Assembly: GCA_023205875.1 (NCBI GenBank)
Contig: CP060767.1
Location: forward strand, 558,001-589,408
Origin: Chloropicon primus
Taxonomy: Eukaryota
DNA: 31,408 nt
Direction: 5' to 3'
Part shown: positions 29,682 through 31,408 of the stretch, one piece after another
Numbering within the stretch: position 1 is the stretch's first letter
How the letters are laid out: each line of letters opens with the position of its first letter
The notes under the pieces: generated by a model
The model's database searches: none
Seen by the model: only the letters and a program-made list of their open reading frames with translations
Told to the model about the DNA's origin: nothing
Translations under genes and position numbers: made by a program

Positions 29682-30930
29682 TTCGAGTGCTCCTCCGTTG
29701 TGCGAAGAACGAAGCGCCTCAGCCGCCTTTTATCCTATTAGGTTAGGCGGCTGGACAAAATGACAAACTGCATGGGGACCACCACCAGGACGGAGGGAGG
29801 AGGACAAGAGAGAGGGGAAGAGGAGTGATGGTGGTGGTGGAGGATGGTGGAGGATGGAGGATGGAGGATGTGTGTTTCATTTTTTCTTTTTTGTTTTCCT
29901 GTCTCTCCCTTTCTGTCTCTCTGTCTCTCTCTCGTTTGGCTGTCAGTTTGGAAGAAGAAAAGGGAGGTTTAAGGAGGAGAAGGAAACGTCTGGAGACAGA
30001 CCACAGGTGCTGGTGATGGTAGGAGTGATGATGGTGGGGGATGATAATGGTGTTGGAAGGCATCCGTGTATTGGGGTTCTTTGGTGCCCTAGGATGAGGA
30101 TTGGAGAACACGAGGGGAGCGGATAGAGGGCCTGTGGAGGGGCTTGCCAAGCCCGGCTTGGGGATACCTTGGAGGTCCATCAGGGAGGCAAAGGAGTGAT
30201 TTTGAGGTGTTATGGGGATCTGTGGGGTCCAATTGGCGTCCTTGGAATGCGTTGGTCTCAGTCATCTTGCTCGATGACAATGAGTGGGAGGAGGGGCCGA
30301 GCCAGGTGATGTGTGGGCTTAGGTCCGGGCACTGGCGTCCAGGGGTGGGAGAGGAGAGGTGTTCTTGGGGCAATGCTGGAGTGTGGGAGAGAAGGGAAGG
30401 CAAGGAGAGGTGTGTTACGGGTATTTGTTCGTGGATTGGATCCTCTTTGTTTGGTTCATGATGACTTGATTGTGTAATGTAGGTGTGTATGATATGATTC
30501 TGTAGCTCTTATTGCCCATTTGGGCCTATTTTTTGGTACGAATAGTGGAGTGACGGATCCAGTTCGTGTCCGATAGCTGTGAAACTTTGTCAGAAGGGGC
30601 TTGTATTTTATATTTGGATACTCCTTTACTATGGTGTTTGTTCCCGTCGTCCTTGAGCCTGTAGAGGTCCATCTGTCGGACCACGAAAACCCAAACCACA
30701 GCCCTCCATGGATGATGATGATGTTGTGTGAATGGAGTCCGTGATGGAGAGACCTGTTCCGGGTGGAGTGCAATCTAGGGCACCTGACAATAACGAGGTC
30801 CAATCGTAAACCTTACCCTGATCCACTCTTCTGCTGGAATCCGTCGTCTTATGCGACCTGGTTTAGGGCCGACTAAAACCCAGATCACACTTAAAACTTA
30901 TACCAGAAAGAAAAAGTGCGGTTTAGGCTT

Positions 30931-31224
30931 GGAGGCACCACGGAAAGCTTGGATGATGCCACGGTGTCTTTCTCTTAGGCTTCTTTTGTTCTCCGGCTCC
31001 TTTCCTTGGCCAGGTCGTCCTTCCTTTCTTCCTCGGGCAAACCCTACTCAAGGCACTTCGGACCCACGAGAGGGCCTTTTAGGCGTTAGGTTTTAGGACT
31101 CCCAAGGCTTTAGGAAACGCGGTGACTCGGAGGCACCACGGAAAGCTTGGATGATGCGACGGTGTCTTTCTCTTAGGCTTCTTTTGTTCTCCTGCTCCTT
31201 TCCTTGGCCAGGTCGTCCTTCCTT
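30931..31224. repeat. Subtelomeric 96-bp direct duplication (30931-31026 and 31129-31224)
   Basis: GGAGGCACCACGGAAAGCTT...GGTCGTCCTTCCTT occurs twice with two substitutions. Degenerate TTTTAGG-like units lie between the copies (about 31075-31114). Confidence 0.95.
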
Positions 31225-31408
31225 AGGTTTGTAGGTTTGTAGGTTGTTAGGTTGTTAGGTTGTTAGGTTGTTAGGTTGTTAGGTTGTTAGGTTTTAGGTT
31301 TTAGGTTTTAGGCCTTTAGGCCTTAGGCCTTAGGTTTTAGGCCCAGGCCTTAGGCCTTAGGCCCAGGCCCAGGCCTTAGGCCCAGGCCCAGGCCCAGGCC
31401 TTAGGCCT
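31221..31408 (+). repeat. Telomere-type variant repeat array (TTTGTAGG, TTGTTAGG, TTTTAGG, CCTTTAGG, CCTTAGG, CCCAGG)
   Basis: Uninterrupted 6-8-nt units all ending in AGG. The G-rich strand runs 5'->3' toward the window end, after a gene-free subtelomeric zone. Confidence 0.88.

Noticed and set aside
29743..30930. Short subtelomeric ORFs (e.g. 30144-30461 followed by TGTAA at 30473) or a telomere-associated retroelement
   Set aside because: Low-complexity, mostly non-ATG ORFs with no RT, endonuclease, helicase or transposase motifs.

Overview
Eukaryotic, gene-dense, GC-rich nuclear DNA with few short GT-AG introns, TGTAA motifs shortly after several stop codons, and a right end that runs into telomere-type repeats. 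These traits fit a chromosome end of a compact-genome chlorophyte picoalga (Chloropicon-like; the taxon is an inference). Genes from left to right: eIF3L (partial, -), nucleotide-sugar transporter (+), SRP72 (-), condensin CAP-D2 (+), NIMA/NEK-like pseudokinase (+), a 1965-aa C2-like/Kelch/filamin-repeat protein (+), isochorismatase-family hydrolase (-, 1 intron), SFT2 (-), a small orphan ORF (-), DAW1/ODA16 (+, 1 intron), a tail-anchored orphan (+), a RING-H2 E3 ligase (-, 1 intron) and PA2G4/EBP1 (-, 1 intron). These are followed by about 1.7 kb of subtelomere with a 96-bp duplication and an ordered array of variant (N)nAGG telomere-like repeats. The most unusual items are the variant telomere array and its junction, a hairpin-rich 100-bp tandem repeat, the catalytically dead NEK and the Kelch-filamin giant protein. 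I see no CRISPR array, prophage, transposase, rRNA or tRNA, and no multi-gene novel system that the sequence alone can establish.
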